Positions 18,275 through 27,030 of a stretch of DNA of 32,639 bases are shown one piece after another. Under the pieces are notes generated by a model. The model was not told the DNA's origin, made no database searches, and worked only from the letters and a program-made list of their open reading frames with translations. The first letter of the stretch is position 1. The number at the start of each line of letters is the position of its first letter. Source of the DNA: Flavobacteriaceae bacterium (GTDB taxonomy: Bacteria; Bacteroidota; Bacteroidia; Flavobacteriales; Flavobacteriaceae); assembly GCA_002711185.1 (NCBI GenBank), contig PAHL01000012.1:20930-53568 (forward strand), in the 5' to 3' direction. The position numbers and the translations under genes are program-made.

Positions 18275-19234
18275 ATGTTAAACATTGGTGTTTTTGGAGC
18301 CGGTCACCTTGGAAAGATTCATTTAAAACTTTTGAATGATTCAAAATATTATAATCTAGTTGGTTTTCATGACTCAGATAAATTAAGTTCAATTGAGGTT
18401 CAAAATAAATTCAATTATAAATTTTTTGAATCACCAGAAAAATTAATTAAAAAATGTGATGTAATTGATATAGTAACACCCACTGATTCACATCATAAAA
18501 TTGCGATTATGGCAATTAAAAATAAATGTCATGTTTTTATTGAAAAACCAATTTCAAAAACACTTAACGAAGCAGAGGAAATTATCAAATTTGCTAAGTT
18601 GAATAATGTTTATGGACAGGTTGGCCATGTTGAGAGATTTAATCCTGCACTAATAGCTTCAAGGTCTCATATTCAAAACCCTATGTTCATTGAATCACAT
18701 AGACTATCAGAATTCAACCCCAGAGGTACTGATGTTCCAGTAGTTTTAGATCTTATGATTCATGATATAGATATTATATTAAGTATTGTAAGTTCTCCAA
18801 TAAAATCAGTTAATGCATCTGGTATTAAAGTTATAAGTGCCAGTCCAGACATTGCAAATGCAAGAATTGAATTTATGAATGGATGTGTTGCAAATCTGAC
18901 TGCGAGTAGAATATCAATGAAAAATATGCGAAAGACTAGATTTTTTCAAAGAGATGCATATGTTTCAATTGATTTTTTATCAAAAAGTACTGAAATTGTA
19001 AAAATAAATGATCTTTCCAGTAAAATTGATACTAAGGGTATGATACTTGAAAACGCTGAAGGTGAAAAAAGAGAAGTTTATTTTGAAAATCCAAAGGTAT
19101 TAAAATCTAATGCTATTTTAAATGAACTAGAGTCTTTTGCAAAATCGATAAATAAGAATCAAACACCAATAGTCGATTTAAATGATGGCTATTTAGCGTT
19201 AAAAATTGCTCAAAAAATTATTGATTCTTTCTGA
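18275..19234 (+). CDS. Gfo/Idh/MocA family NAD(P)-dependent oxidoreductase
   Basis: 319 aa. The N-terminal Rossmann segment is NIGVFGAGHLGKIH, and the EKP motif (FIEKPIS) is present. Confidence 0.85.
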   Translation: MLNIGVFGAGHLGKIHLKLLNDSKYYNLVGFHDSDKLSSIEVQNKFNYKFFESPEKLIKKCDVIDIVTPTDSHHKIAIMAIKNKCHVFIEKPISKTLNEAEEIIKFAKLNNVYGQVGHVERFNPALIASRSHIQNPMFIESHRLSEFNPRGTDVPVVLDLMIHDIDIILSIVSSPIKSVNASGIKVISASPDIANARIEFMNGCVANLTASRISMKNMRKTRFFQRDAYVSIDFLSKSTEIVKINDLSSKIDTKGMILENAEGEKREVYFENPKVLKSNAILNELESFAKSINKNQTPIVDLNDGYLALKIAQKIIDSF

Positions 19235-19247
19235 ACAAAATTCAAAT

Positions 19248-19898
19248 ATGATCATAGCAGATAATTTATATGAATTAAAATCTCAAATTCCTAATCATGT
19301 TACTTTGGTTGCTGTGTCAAAAACCAAACCAAATAGGTTAATAATGAATGCTTATGATGCAGGTCATAGAGTTTTTGGAGAAAATAAAATCCAAGAGATG
19401 TTAACAAAATATAATTCTTTACCAAAAGATATTAAATGGCACATGATTGGTCATGTTCAGAGAAACAAGGTAAAATATATTGCCCCTTTTGTTTCTTTAA
19501 TTCATGGTGTTGACAGTATTAAATTAATGAATGAAATCAATAAACATGGAATTAAAAATAATAGGGTAATTAAATGTTTATTACAAGTTAATATTTCAAA
19601 TGAAGTTTCAAAATTCGGTATATCATTAAATAAAATAGAGGAATTATTTAACTATTCATTAAGTCTACAAAATATATCAATTAAAGGCTTAATGGGAATG
19701 GCTTCCTATACAAATGATAAATCAATAATAAATTCTGAGTTTAATTCTATTAAAGTAAAATTCAATGAACTAAATAAAATCGACTCTAATTTTAATATTC
19801 TCTCTATTGGGATGAGTGGAGATTATAAAGTTGCTATAAATAATGGATCAAATATGATTAGAATTGGTAGTAAAATATTTGGTGAAAGAAAAATTTGA
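19248..19898 (+). CDS. yggS: YggS-family pyridoxal-phosphate homeostasis protein
   Basis: Trimmed to the ATG at 19248 (MIIADNLYELKSQIPNHVTLVAVSKTKP), 216 aa. It has the PLP lysine in VSKTK, plus HMIGHVQRNK and MIRIGSKIFG. Confidence 0.9.
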   Translation: MIIADNLYELKSQIPNHVTLVAVSKTKPNRLIMNAYDAGHRVFGENKIQEMLTKYNSLPKDIKWHMIGHVQRNKVKYIAPFVSLIHGVDSIKLMNEINKHGIKNNRVIKCLLQVNISNEVSKFGISLNKIEELFNYSLSLQNISIKGLMGMASYTNDKSIINSEFNSIKVKFNELNKIDSNFNILSIGMSGDYKVAINNGSNMIRIGSKIFGERKI

Positions 19899-21256
19899 TG
19901 TACGCTATCATTGATGTCGAAACAACAGGAGGTAAATTTAATGAAGAAGCAATTACTGAAATTGCAATTTTCCGCTATGAAAATTTTGAAATTAAGGACC
20001 GCTTTATTTCTTTAGTCAAGCCTGATAGAAAAATTCAACCATATGTTTCGAAATTGACTGGTATACGTGAAAATATGCTCTCTAACTCTCCTAAATTTTA
20101 TGAAATTGCAAAACAAATAATTGAAATCACATCAGATTGTATAATAGTTGCTCATAATGCAGAGTTTGATTATAGAATGCTTAAAACTGAATTTAAAAGA
20201 CTTGGTTATAATTTTAAGAGAAAATCTCTGTGTACAGTAAAATTATCAAAAAATCTTATACCAAATTTAAAGTCCTACAAGCTGGGAAATCTTGTAAAAG
20301 AATTGGGTATTCCAATTTCAAATAGACACAGAGCATTTGGAGATGCAACAGCAACACTTAAACTTTTTGAACTTCTTATTCAAAAAGACAAAAAGAAATT
20401 AATAATTAATTCGCTAGTTGATAAATCAAATAAAAAAAATATTAAATCCAAATTCATAAAGATTATTGACTATTGTTCAACAGAAACTGGAGTCTATTAT
20501 ATATATGATAAAACTTCAATTATATATATCGGTAAGAGTAAAAATATAAAAAGAAGAATTACTAATCATCTGACATCTAAAGATTCGAAGTCATCTAAAA
20601 TTCAAAGAAATATAGAAAGAATTGTATTTGAAGAAACTGGTAGTGAAATAATTGCACTTTTGAAGGAGGACCAGGAAATAAAAGAAAATCAACCTAAATT
20701 AAATTATAAAAATAAATTACTTCATTTTCCTATAGGATTAAGATTAATTATTGATTCTAACGGGTATTACAGAATAAAAACTGAACAAATACTATCTTTC
20801 GAAAAATATTTATATGTTTTTAAAAGTAAAGCTGATGCAATAAAAAAATTAAGATTTTGGATTAAAAAATATAATTTATGTGAAAATTTAACTTCCATAA
20901 ATAATGATAAAAAAATCTGCTCAAAATACCATTTAAAATCATGTAATGGTGCATGCTTAATGAAGGAAAATAAAACTGAATATAATCAACGAATTAATAT
21001 TTTAATTGATGATTTAAAGTTTAAACATGATACCTTTATAATGATAGATAAAGGAAGAAATTTAAATGAAAAAAGCTTCGTTTATGTGAAGAATCATGAG
21101 ATTAAAGGATACGGATATTATGAATTGAACCATCAAATAAAAAGTGTTAGAAATATAAAACAAAGACTTGTTGAAATAGATCATAATTCCGATGCATACT
21201 CAATTTTGCACAGTTATATCAAAACAAACAAACACAAACATATAATAGAATTATAA
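19898..21256 (+). CDS. DnaQ-like 3'-5' exonuclease fused to a GIY-YIG / UvrC-N-terminal (Cho-like) nuclease module
   Basis: 452 aa from the ATG at 19898, which forms TGATG with the yggS stop. Exo motifs are IIDVETTG, VAHNAEFDYRML and HRAFGDA. The GIY-YIG motif is GVYYIYDKTSIIYIGKSKNIKRRITNH. A UvrC-like cysteine motif CSKYHLKSCNGAC is also present. Confidence 0.85.
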   Translation: MYAIIDVETTGGKFNEEAITEIAIFRYENFEIKDRFISLVKPDRKIQPYVSKLTGIRENMLSNSPKFYEIAKQIIEITSDCIIVAHNAEFDYRMLKTEFKRLGYNFKRKSLCTVKLSKNLIPNLKSYKLGNLVKELGIPISNRHRAFGDATATLKLFELLIQKDKKKLIINSLVDKSNKKNIKSKFIKIIDYCSTETGVYYIYDKTSIIYIGKSKNIKRRITNHLTSKDSKSSKIQRNIERIVFEETGSEIIALLKEDQEIKENQPKLNYKNKLLHFPIGLRLIIDSNGYYRIKTEQILSFEKYLYVFKSKADAIKKLRFWIKKYNLCENLTSINNDKKICSKYHLKSCNGACLMKENKTEYNQRINILIDDLKFKHDTFIMIDKGRNLNEKSFVYVKNHEIKGYGYYELNHQIKSVRNIKQRLVEIDHNSDAYSILHSYIKTNKHKHIIEL

Positions 21257-21293
21257 ATTATTATCTATTTATAAATTTTGTAATTTTATAAAC

Positions 21294-22115
21294 ATGTCAG
21301 TTAAAAATAGCTATTGGCGTCATAGACTTCATGAAATAATATACGAGGCAGATACAAAAACTGGAAAAGCCTTTGATATTATCCTTCTTTTTTTAATTAT
21401 TGTAAGTGTAATTCTTGTTGCTCTTGAAAGTGTCGAATCATTTAGACTTAACTACAGTAATTTTTTAAATATTTCTGAGTGGATAATAACCATAGTTTTT
21501 TCAATCGAATATATATTGCGACTTATATGTGTCAAAAAACCATTTAAATTTATAATTAGTTTATACGGTATAATAGATCTGTTATCAATTATTCCAAAAT
21601 ACATTTCAATACTTTTCTTTGGAACTCAGTATCTAGGTGCGCTGAGAGCACTTCGTCTATTAAGAGTTTTTAGAATTTTAAAAATGACTAGATATATTGG
21701 AGAATCGAATACTTTAATGAAAGCGCTTATTGCCAGTAGAGCAAAAGTTGGTGTTTTTATTTTTAGTGTTCTCGTAATCTGTATAATTTTTGGAACGCTT
21801 ATGTATATGATAGAACCTGATGAAAGTGGTTTTACTAGCATTCCAGAGGGTATTTATTGGAGTATAGTTACTCTTACAACAGTTGGTTATGGGGATATTG
21901 CTCCTATTACACCTTTTGGTCAATTTATTGCCGCTGTAATTATGATCATGGGATATGGAATTATTGCTGTTCCAACTGGAATAGTGACAGCTGAATTATC
22001 TGAAAAGTCAAAAATATCTAGTAATACTCAAGCCTGTCCTCATTGTATGACAAGTGATCACCAAGATAATTCTATTTATTGTTATCACTGTGGTGAATTA
22101 TTAAATGATGAATAA
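21294..22115 (+). CDS. Voltage-gated-type K+ channel (ion transport family) with a C-terminal CxxC...CxxC zinc-ribbon tail
   Basis: 273 aa. The S4 segment has a basic residue at every third position (LRALRLLRVFRILKMTRY). The selectivity filter is TTVGYGD. The tail is CPHCMTSDHQDNSIYCYHCGELL. Confidence 0.88.
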   Translation: MSVKNSYWRHRLHEIIYEADTKTGKAFDIILLFLIIVSVILVALESVESFRLNYSNFLNISEWIITIVFSIEYILRLICVKKPFKFIISLYGIIDLLSIIPKYISILFFGTQYLGALRALRLLRVFRILKMTRYIGESNTLMKALIASRAKVGVFIFSVLVICIIFGTLMYMIEPDESGFTSIPEGIYWSIVTLTTVGYGDIAPITPFGQFIAAVIMIMGYGIIAVPTGIVTAELSEKSKISSNTQACPHCMTSDHQDNSIYCYHCGELLNDE

Positions 22116-23004
22116 TAGAAACCTCATCTACATTGGTGGTCCAACAGCCATAGGAAAAACAACTATTGCAATTAAACTTGCAAAAACTTTATCAACTGAA
22201 ATAATTTCATGCGACTCAAGACAGTTTTATAATGAAATGAAAATTGGTACTTCTCCTCCATCTAAGAAAGAAATGAGTCTTGTCAAACACCATTTTATTC
22301 AAGACAGAAGTATCGAAACCCCACTAAATGTAGGTGCTTATCAGAAAGAATCAATTTCAAAAATTTATAATATTTTAGATGATAATAAAAATGTTATTCT
22401 AGTAGGTGGATCTGGCTTGTATGCTGATTCTATATTATTTGGTTTAGATGATTTTCCAAATACCACAAATTTAACTGTAAATAAATTAAATGATATTTAT
22501 AATAATGATGGTATAGATTCACTCCAAAAACAATTAAAAAAAATGGATTATGAATCATATAAAACAATTGATATAAATAATCATAGAAGAGTTATAAGAG
22601 TTCTTTCAGTTTGTATCGATTCAGGTCTAAAATATTCAAGTTTCTTAAGCAAAGAAAAAAAAATCAGAAAATTTCAATCGCAAATTTATATTCTATGTGA
22701 AGAGAGAATTAAAATTTATGATAAAATCAATGAAAGAGTAGATAAGATGGTTGAAAATGGTTTGGAAAAAGAGGCTAAATCATTATACAAATTCAAAGAT
22801 TCAAAAATATTTGAAACTGTTGGTTATAAAGAATGGATTCTATATTGGAATAGAACTTTAAGTAAAAAAAAGACCATCGAGGAAATAAAAAAAAACACAA
22901 GAAGATATGCAAAAAGACAGATTACTTGGTTCAAAAAATATAAAAAAGCTACTTGGTTAAAACCTAATGAAGCAATAGATAAAATTTTAAAAAACTATAA
23001 GTAA
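22105..23004 (+). CDS. miaA: tRNA dimethylallyltransferase
   Basis: 299 aa. It has the P-loop GGPTAIGKT, followed by SCDSRQFYNEMKIGTSPP and RRYAKRQITWFKK. Confidence 0.93.
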   Translation: MMNNRNLIYIGGPTAIGKTTIAIKLAKTLSTEIISCDSRQFYNEMKIGTSPPSKKEMSLVKHHFIQDRSIETPLNVGAYQKESISKIYNILDDNKNVILVGGSGLYADSILFGLDDFPNTTNLTVNKLNDIYNNDGIDSLQKQLKKMDYESYKTIDINNHRRVIRVLSVCIDSGLKYSSFLSKEKKIRKFQSQIYILCEERIKIYDKINERVDKMVENGLEKEAKSLYKFKDSKIFETVGYKEWILYWNRTLSKKKTIEEIKKNTRRYAKRQITWFKKYKKATWLKPNEAIDKILKNYK

Positions 23005-23936
23005 GAAGACAAGTTTTTTTTAATCCTATACTCTATATTATTTATATCTTCTTTAATGAAAGGTTCTCCCATTATTCTTTCATACAATTCAATATATCTC
23101 TCTGACACTAAATTCGCATATTCATCAGAAATATGAGGAATAGTTTGTCCTCTTAATCCCTGAAAATTATTTGATATTAGCCATTCTCTAACAAATTCCT
23201 TTGATAATTGTTTTTGGGGTATATTATCTTTTTGTCTTTTTTCGTAACCATCTTTGTAAAAATATCTTGAGGAATCAGGTGTATGAACTTCATCAATTAG
23301 AATAATTTTACCATCTGCGGTTCTTCCAAATTCATATTTAGTATCAACTAATATTAAATTTTGATTTAAAGCTAATTTGGTTCCTCTTTCAAAAAGTTTT
23401 AATGTATAATTTTTTAAAATTTCATAATCTGATTCAGAAATTATAGATTTATTAATAATATCCTCCTCAGATATATCCTCATCATGACCATGATCTGCCT
23501 TTGTCGCTGGGGTAATAATTGGATATGGTAATTTATCATTCTCACTCAGTCCGTTTGGTAATTTTACACCACACAGCAATCTTTTTCCCTTTTTATATTC
23601 TCTCGCAGCATGACCAGCAAGATAGCCCCTTATGACCATTTCAATTTTAAATGGATCACAGTTCAATCCAACTGACACATTAGGATCTGGAGAATCTAAA
23701 ATCCAATTTGGAACTATATCAGAGGTTAAGGACATCATTCTAGTTGCAATTTGATTGAGAATTTGACCCTTGTATGGAATTCCCTTAGGTAAAATGAAAT
23801 CAAAAGCTGAAATTTTATCAGTAGATATCATAATCAATTTACCGTTATCTAGTTTATAGAGTTCTCGAACTTTACCTGTATATTTGGAAAGTTGATTTTT
23901 AAACTTAAAATTTGTTCTAAATAATGTTTTGTTCAT
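22995..23936 (-). CDS. purC: Phosphoribosylaminoimidazole-succinocarboxamide (SAICAR) synthase, long form
   Basis: 313 aa. YTGKVRELY, LILVDTKYEFG and DEVHTPDSSRY are present. Confidence 0.93.
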   Translation of the reverse strand: MNKTLFRTNFKFKNQLSKYTGKVRELYKLDNGKLIMISTDKISAFDFILPKGIPYKGQILNQIATRMMSLTSDIVPNWILDSPDPNVSVGLNCDPFKIEMVIRGYLAGHAAREYKKGKRLLCGVKLPNGLSENDKLPYPIITPATKADHGHDEDISEEDIINKSIISESDYEILKNYTLKLFERGTKLALNQNLILVDTKYEFGRTADGKIILIDEVHTPDSSRYFYKDGYEKRQKDNIPQKQLSKEFVREWLISNNFQGLRGQTIPHISDEYANLVSERYIELYERIMGEPFIKEDINNIEYRIKKNLSSYL

Positions 23937-23942
23937 CTTTAT

Positions 23943-24884
23943 TTAGTTATCAACTTTATCATATGCGCTTAAAATCTTTTTTACTATTTTATGTCTAATT
24001 ACGTCAGATTCATCTAATAAAACCATTTCAATACCATTAATTTTTTTTAAAATTTTTAATGCCTCTTTCAAACCAGAAACAACTTTTTTTGGGAGATCAA
24101 CTTGTCCTGGATCACCGTTAATTAAAAATTTAGCATTTACACCCATTCTTGTCAAAAACATCTTCATTTGTGAATGAGATGTGTTTTGAGCTTCGTCTAG
24201 TATTACAAAGGCATTATCTAAAGTTCGACCTCGCATAAATGCTAAGGGAGCAATCTCAATTATACCTTTTTCTAGTAAAGACTTAAGTTTTTCAGATGGA
24301 ATCATATCAAGAAGAGCATCATATAGAGGCTGCATGTAAGGGTCAAGTTTTTCTTTTAAGTCTCCCGGGAGATATCCTAAATTTTCTCCTGCTTCAACGG
24401 CTGGTCTTGTTAATATAATCCTTTTAACAGTTTTATCCTTTAATGATTTGACAGCCATAGCGATTCCTGTATAAGTCTTACCTGTTCCAGCTGGACCAAT
24501 AGCAAAAATCATATCATTTTTTATGATTGATTCAACTAACTTTACTTGGTTAGGTGATTTTGCTGTTACAAGCTTTCCATTTACTCCTCTAAGTATAAGC
24601 TTATCATTAATACCTGAGTCAACTTTGGTTCCGTTAAGTTTTAGTATTTTTTCTGTTAATTGAGAATCCAAAAAATTATTTTTATCTAATTGGAAAATTA
24701 GATCATCTATTTTTTTTTGAAAATTATGAAGTAATTTATCTTCACCATATGCCTTAATTGTCGATCCTCTTGCAACAATTTTTAATTTAGAGAAATGATT
24801 TTTAATTATTTCTAAATTTTTACTATGATTTCCGAAAAATTCTTGAGGATTTGTTTCTTTGAGATTAATTTCAAGTTCATTCAA
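23943..24884 (-). CDS. phoH: PhoH-family ATPase
   Basis: 313 aa. Walker A is GPAGTGKTY. The motifs LDEAQN and NGDPGQVDLP are present. It lies 6 nt upstream of purC. Confidence 0.92.
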   Translation of the reverse strand: MNELEINLKETNPQEFFGNHSKNLEIIKNHFSKLKIVARGSTIKAYGEDKLLHNFQKKIDDLIFQLDKNNFLDSQLTEKILKLNGTKVDSGINDKLILRGVNGKLVTAKSPNQVKLVESIIKNDMIFAIGPAGTGKTYTGIAMAVKSLKDKTVKRIILTRPAVEAGENLGYLPGDLKEKLDPYMQPLYDALLDMIPSEKLKSLLEKGIIEIAPLAFMRGRTLDNAFVILDEAQNTSHSQMKMFLTRMGVNAKFLINGDPGQVDLPKKVVSGLKEALKILKKINGIEMVLLDESDVIRHKIVKKILSAYDKVDN

Positions 24885-24907
24885 GAGTGAGAAGAGTTAA
24901 AAAAAAT

Positions 24908-24915
24908 TAATTTTG
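24908..24915 (+). promoter_or_regulatory. Candidate -7 box (TAATTTTG) for the DUF62 gene
   Basis: Matches TAnnTTTG 59 nt upstream of the ATG at 24975. Confidence 0.3.
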
Positions 24916-24931
24916 TTTAGATTAGTTAATT

Positions 24932-24939
24932 CAAATTTA
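24932..24939 (-). promoter_or_regulatory. Candidate -7 box (TAAATTTG on the minus strand) for phoH-purC
   Basis: Plus-strand CAAATTTA lies 47 nt upstream of the phoH ATG at 24884. Confidence 0.35.
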
Positions 24940-24974
24940 CACTTTTTGAATTAAAATTAATATTAAATTATTAT

Positions 24975-25811
24975 ATGATAATTGTAACCTTAACTACTGA
25001 TTTTGGTAATAAAGACTATTTTGTTTCAGCTGTAAAAGCTGCATTAATCTCAGAAATTAAAAAAGTCAATATTATTAGTATAAGTCATGAAATTAATCCA
25101 TACAATATTACTGAGGCATCATATATATTAAAAAATTCATATAAACTATTTCCAAAAGGAACAATTCATATCATTGGCGTAGATTCTGAGCTTAATGAGG
25201 AAAACAAACATTTAGCAATATATTACGACGAACATTATTTTATAGGCTCTGATAATGGAGTTTTCTCTTTAGTTTTTGATGGTAAAACCCCAAAAAATAT
25301 TTTTGAAATAAATATCCATGATAAAATAATAAGTAGTTTTCCTGTTCTTGAGGTATTTGTTAATGTAGCTGGGCATATATCACGAAATGGAAAACTTGAA
25401 ATAATTGGGAAAAAAATAGACTCGATATTGCAATTGACAAACTTAAACCCTGTAATAAGCAGTAGGATGAATAAAATTTTAGGAAGTGTTATTTACATTG
25501 ATAATTATGGTAATGTAATAACAAATATTACGAAGAAAATTTTTAATGATATCGGTAAGTCCAGAAATTTTACAGTAATTGCAAGATCAGTAAAATTTAA
25601 TAAAATTTATAAAAATTATAGTGAAGCAATTGACTTTAAATTGCCAAAAGAAAGAAGAAATGAAGATGGAAAAAAAATTGCAATTTTTAACACGGCAGGT
25701 TATTTAGAACTTGCTATATACAAAAGTAATCCTTCAACTGTTGGAAGTGCAAGTAGTCTATTTGGATTGGATTATAGAGATTCAGTTACAATTATTTTTG
25801 ATGAAATATAA
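24975..25811 (+). CDS. SAM hydrolase / SAM-dependent halogenase family protein (DUF62, S-adenosyl-L-methionine hydroxide adenosyltransferase-like)
   Basis: 278 aa. The N-terminus IVTLTTDFGNKDYFVSAVKAALIS is the family hallmark. GSVIYIDNYGNVITNI is also present. Confidence 0.8.
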   Translation: MIIVTLTTDFGNKDYFVSAVKAALISEIKKVNIISISHEINPYNITEASYILKNSYKLFPKGTIHIIGVDSELNEENKHLAIYYDEHYFIGSDNGVFSLVFDGKTPKNIFEINIHDKIISSFPVLEVFVNVAGHISRNGKLEIIGKKIDSILQLTNLNPVISSRMNKILGSVIYIDNYGNVITNITKKIFNDIGKSRNFTVIARSVKFNKIYKNYSEAIDFKLPKERRNEDGKKIAIFNTAGYLELAIYKSNPSTVGSASSLFGLDYRDSVTIIFDEI

Positions 25812-25830
25812 ATTCAAAATAATTTGAATT
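25811..25830. repeat. Short palindrome AATTCAAA-ataa-TTTGAATT immediately after the DUF62 stop (weak hairpin or terminator)
   Basis: 8-bp inverted repeat with a 4-nt loop. The stem is nearly all A:T and no T-tract follows. Confidence 0.3.
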
Positions 25831-25888
25831 AATGAAATTTAGTTAATAAATGTGAATAAGTTCTTTTTTAATTAAGATGCAATTAAAA

Positions 25889-25896
25889 TATATTTG
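25889..25896 (+). promoter_or_regulatory. -7 promoter box (TATATTTG) for dnaN
   Basis: Exact TAnnTTTG match 15 nt upstream of the ATG at 25912. Its position argues against the TTG at 25894 used by the ORF track. Confidence 0.45.
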
Positions 25897-25911
25897 ATAA
25901 AATTATCTTTG

Positions 25912-27030
25912 ATGAAGTTTATTGTATCGAGTGAAGTACTGTTAAAAGAATTACAAGTAATAGGAGGCATAATAAATTCATCTAATACCCTTCCAATTCT
26001 TGATAATTTTTTATTTGAAATAAATAACGAAACCTTAACCTTGTCAGCTTCAGATTTAGAAACGACAATGTCAACTTCCATCTCAATTGAATCAAAAGAT
26101 TCTGACTCTATTGCTCTTCCTGCTAGAATTTTAATTGATACACTTAAAACATTTGCTGAACAACCTTTAACTTTTATTAAAACTGAATCTAATTCAATTG
26201 AAATAATTGCCAATAATGGTAAATATGCACTCTCTTATGTGTCCGGAGAAGATTTTCCCAAAATAATTAATATTAATGATCCTAGTACTACAATTATAAG
26301 AGGAGATGTTTTGTCAAAAGCAATTAATTCAACAGTTTTTGCCTCAGGCAATGATGATCTTCGTCCAATAATGACTGGTGTATTCTTTCAATTTAATTCA
26401 GAAAATTTAAATTTTGTTGCAACTGATGCACATAAAATGGTAAAATACTCAAGATTTGATTTTTCAGCTGATAACAACACTGAATTCATAGTCCCAAAAA
26501 AACCTTTACAGATTCTAAAAGGTATCATGGTTGGTGTTAAAGATGATGTTAAAATTGAATACAATGAATCTAATGCTAAATTTATTTTTGGATCTTCAAA
26601 AATAACATGCAGATTAATCGATGGTAAATACCCAAACTATGAGGCAGTAATTCCAAAAGAAAATCCCAATATAATGCTTATTGATAGAGCACTATTTTTA
26701 AACTCTGTAAGAAGAGTAAGTATTTTTTCAAATAAAACAACACACCAAATACGTTTAAAAATTGCTGGAACATCATTAAATATATCTGCTGAGGATTATG
26801 ACTATAACAATAAAGCTGATGAGAGGTTAGATTGTGAATATTCTGGGGAGGATATTCAAATTGGTTTTAATTCCAGGTTTCTAATTGAAATGCTAAATAA
26901 TTTAGATTCTAATAAAGTTCAATTAGCCATGTCTTTGCCTAACAGAGCAGGATTAATAACACCTGCAGAAAAAAACATTGACAATGAAGAAATAACTATG
27001 CTAGTTATGCCAGTAATGCTAAATGACTAA
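25912..27030 (+). CDS. dnaN: DNA polymerase III beta sliding clamp
   Basis: 372 aa from the ATG at 25912. MKFIVSSEVLLKELQVIGGIINSSNTLPILDNFLFE, then ATDAHKMV, DGKYPNYEAVIP and the C-terminal LVMPVML. Confidence 0.95.
   Translation: MKFIVSSEVLLKELQVIGGIINSSNTLPILDNFLFEINNETLTLSASDLETTMSTSISIESKDSDSIALPARILIDTLKTFAEQPLTFIKTESNSIEIIANNGKYALSYVSGEDFPKIININDPSTTIIRGDVLSKAINSTVFASGNDDLRPIMTGVFFQFNSENLNFVATDAHKMVKYSRFDFSADNNTEFIVPKKPLQILKGIMVGVKDDVKIEYNESNAKFIFGSSKITCRLIDGKYPNYEAVIPKENPNIMLIDRALFLNSVRRVSIFSNKTTHQIRLKIAGTSLNISAEDYDYNNKADERLDCEYSGEDIQIGFNSRFLIEMLNNLDSNKVQLAMSLPNRAGLITPAEKNIDNEEITMLVMPVMLND

Noticed and set aside
17568-18392. The 274-aa version of the pcm ORF, which overlaps the divergent oxidoreductase gene by 118 nt. 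This could be an unusual N-terminal extension or overlapping genes.
   Set aside because: The extra 61 residues are low-complexity and read through the divergent promoter region. Met62 gives a normal 213-aa Pcm N-terminus, so the extension is an artefact of the longest-ORF rule.
19206-19898. The long forms of yggS (19206), the exonuclease gene (TTG at 19895) and the thioesterase gene (14654), which imply 29-62 nt overlaps.
   Set aside because: Internal ATGs give canonical N-termini and reduce the overlaps to the 1-8 nt typical of this window.
25851-25859. A DnaA-box consensus (TGTGAATAA, reverse complement TTATTCACA) upstream of dnaN, and a perfect TTATCCACA inside the cyclase CDS at 14034..14042. 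Together these could hint at oriC.
   Set aside because: These are single isolated boxes with no cluster, no adjacent dnaA and no distinct A+T-rich unwinding element beyond background. One or two matches are expected by chance in 32 kb of this composition.
25872-26213. A 113-aa antisense ORF across the dnaN start. Other antisense or alternative-frame ORFs are at 153..401, 1190..1396, 5606..5863, 6677..6862, 6728..6925, 7335..7529, 9169..9354, 9415..9624, 13125..13427, 15204..15419, 15916..16173, 16057..16245, 16501..16686, 21626..21841, 21714..21923, 27443..27649, 27917..28129, 31087..31299 and 32322..32552.
   Set aside because: All lie inside well-supported genes on the other strand or frame. 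Their compositions are low-complexity or hydrophobic, they have no recognisable motifs, and they lack their own -7 box. I treat them as shadow ORFs. Only conservation analysis could rescue any of them.
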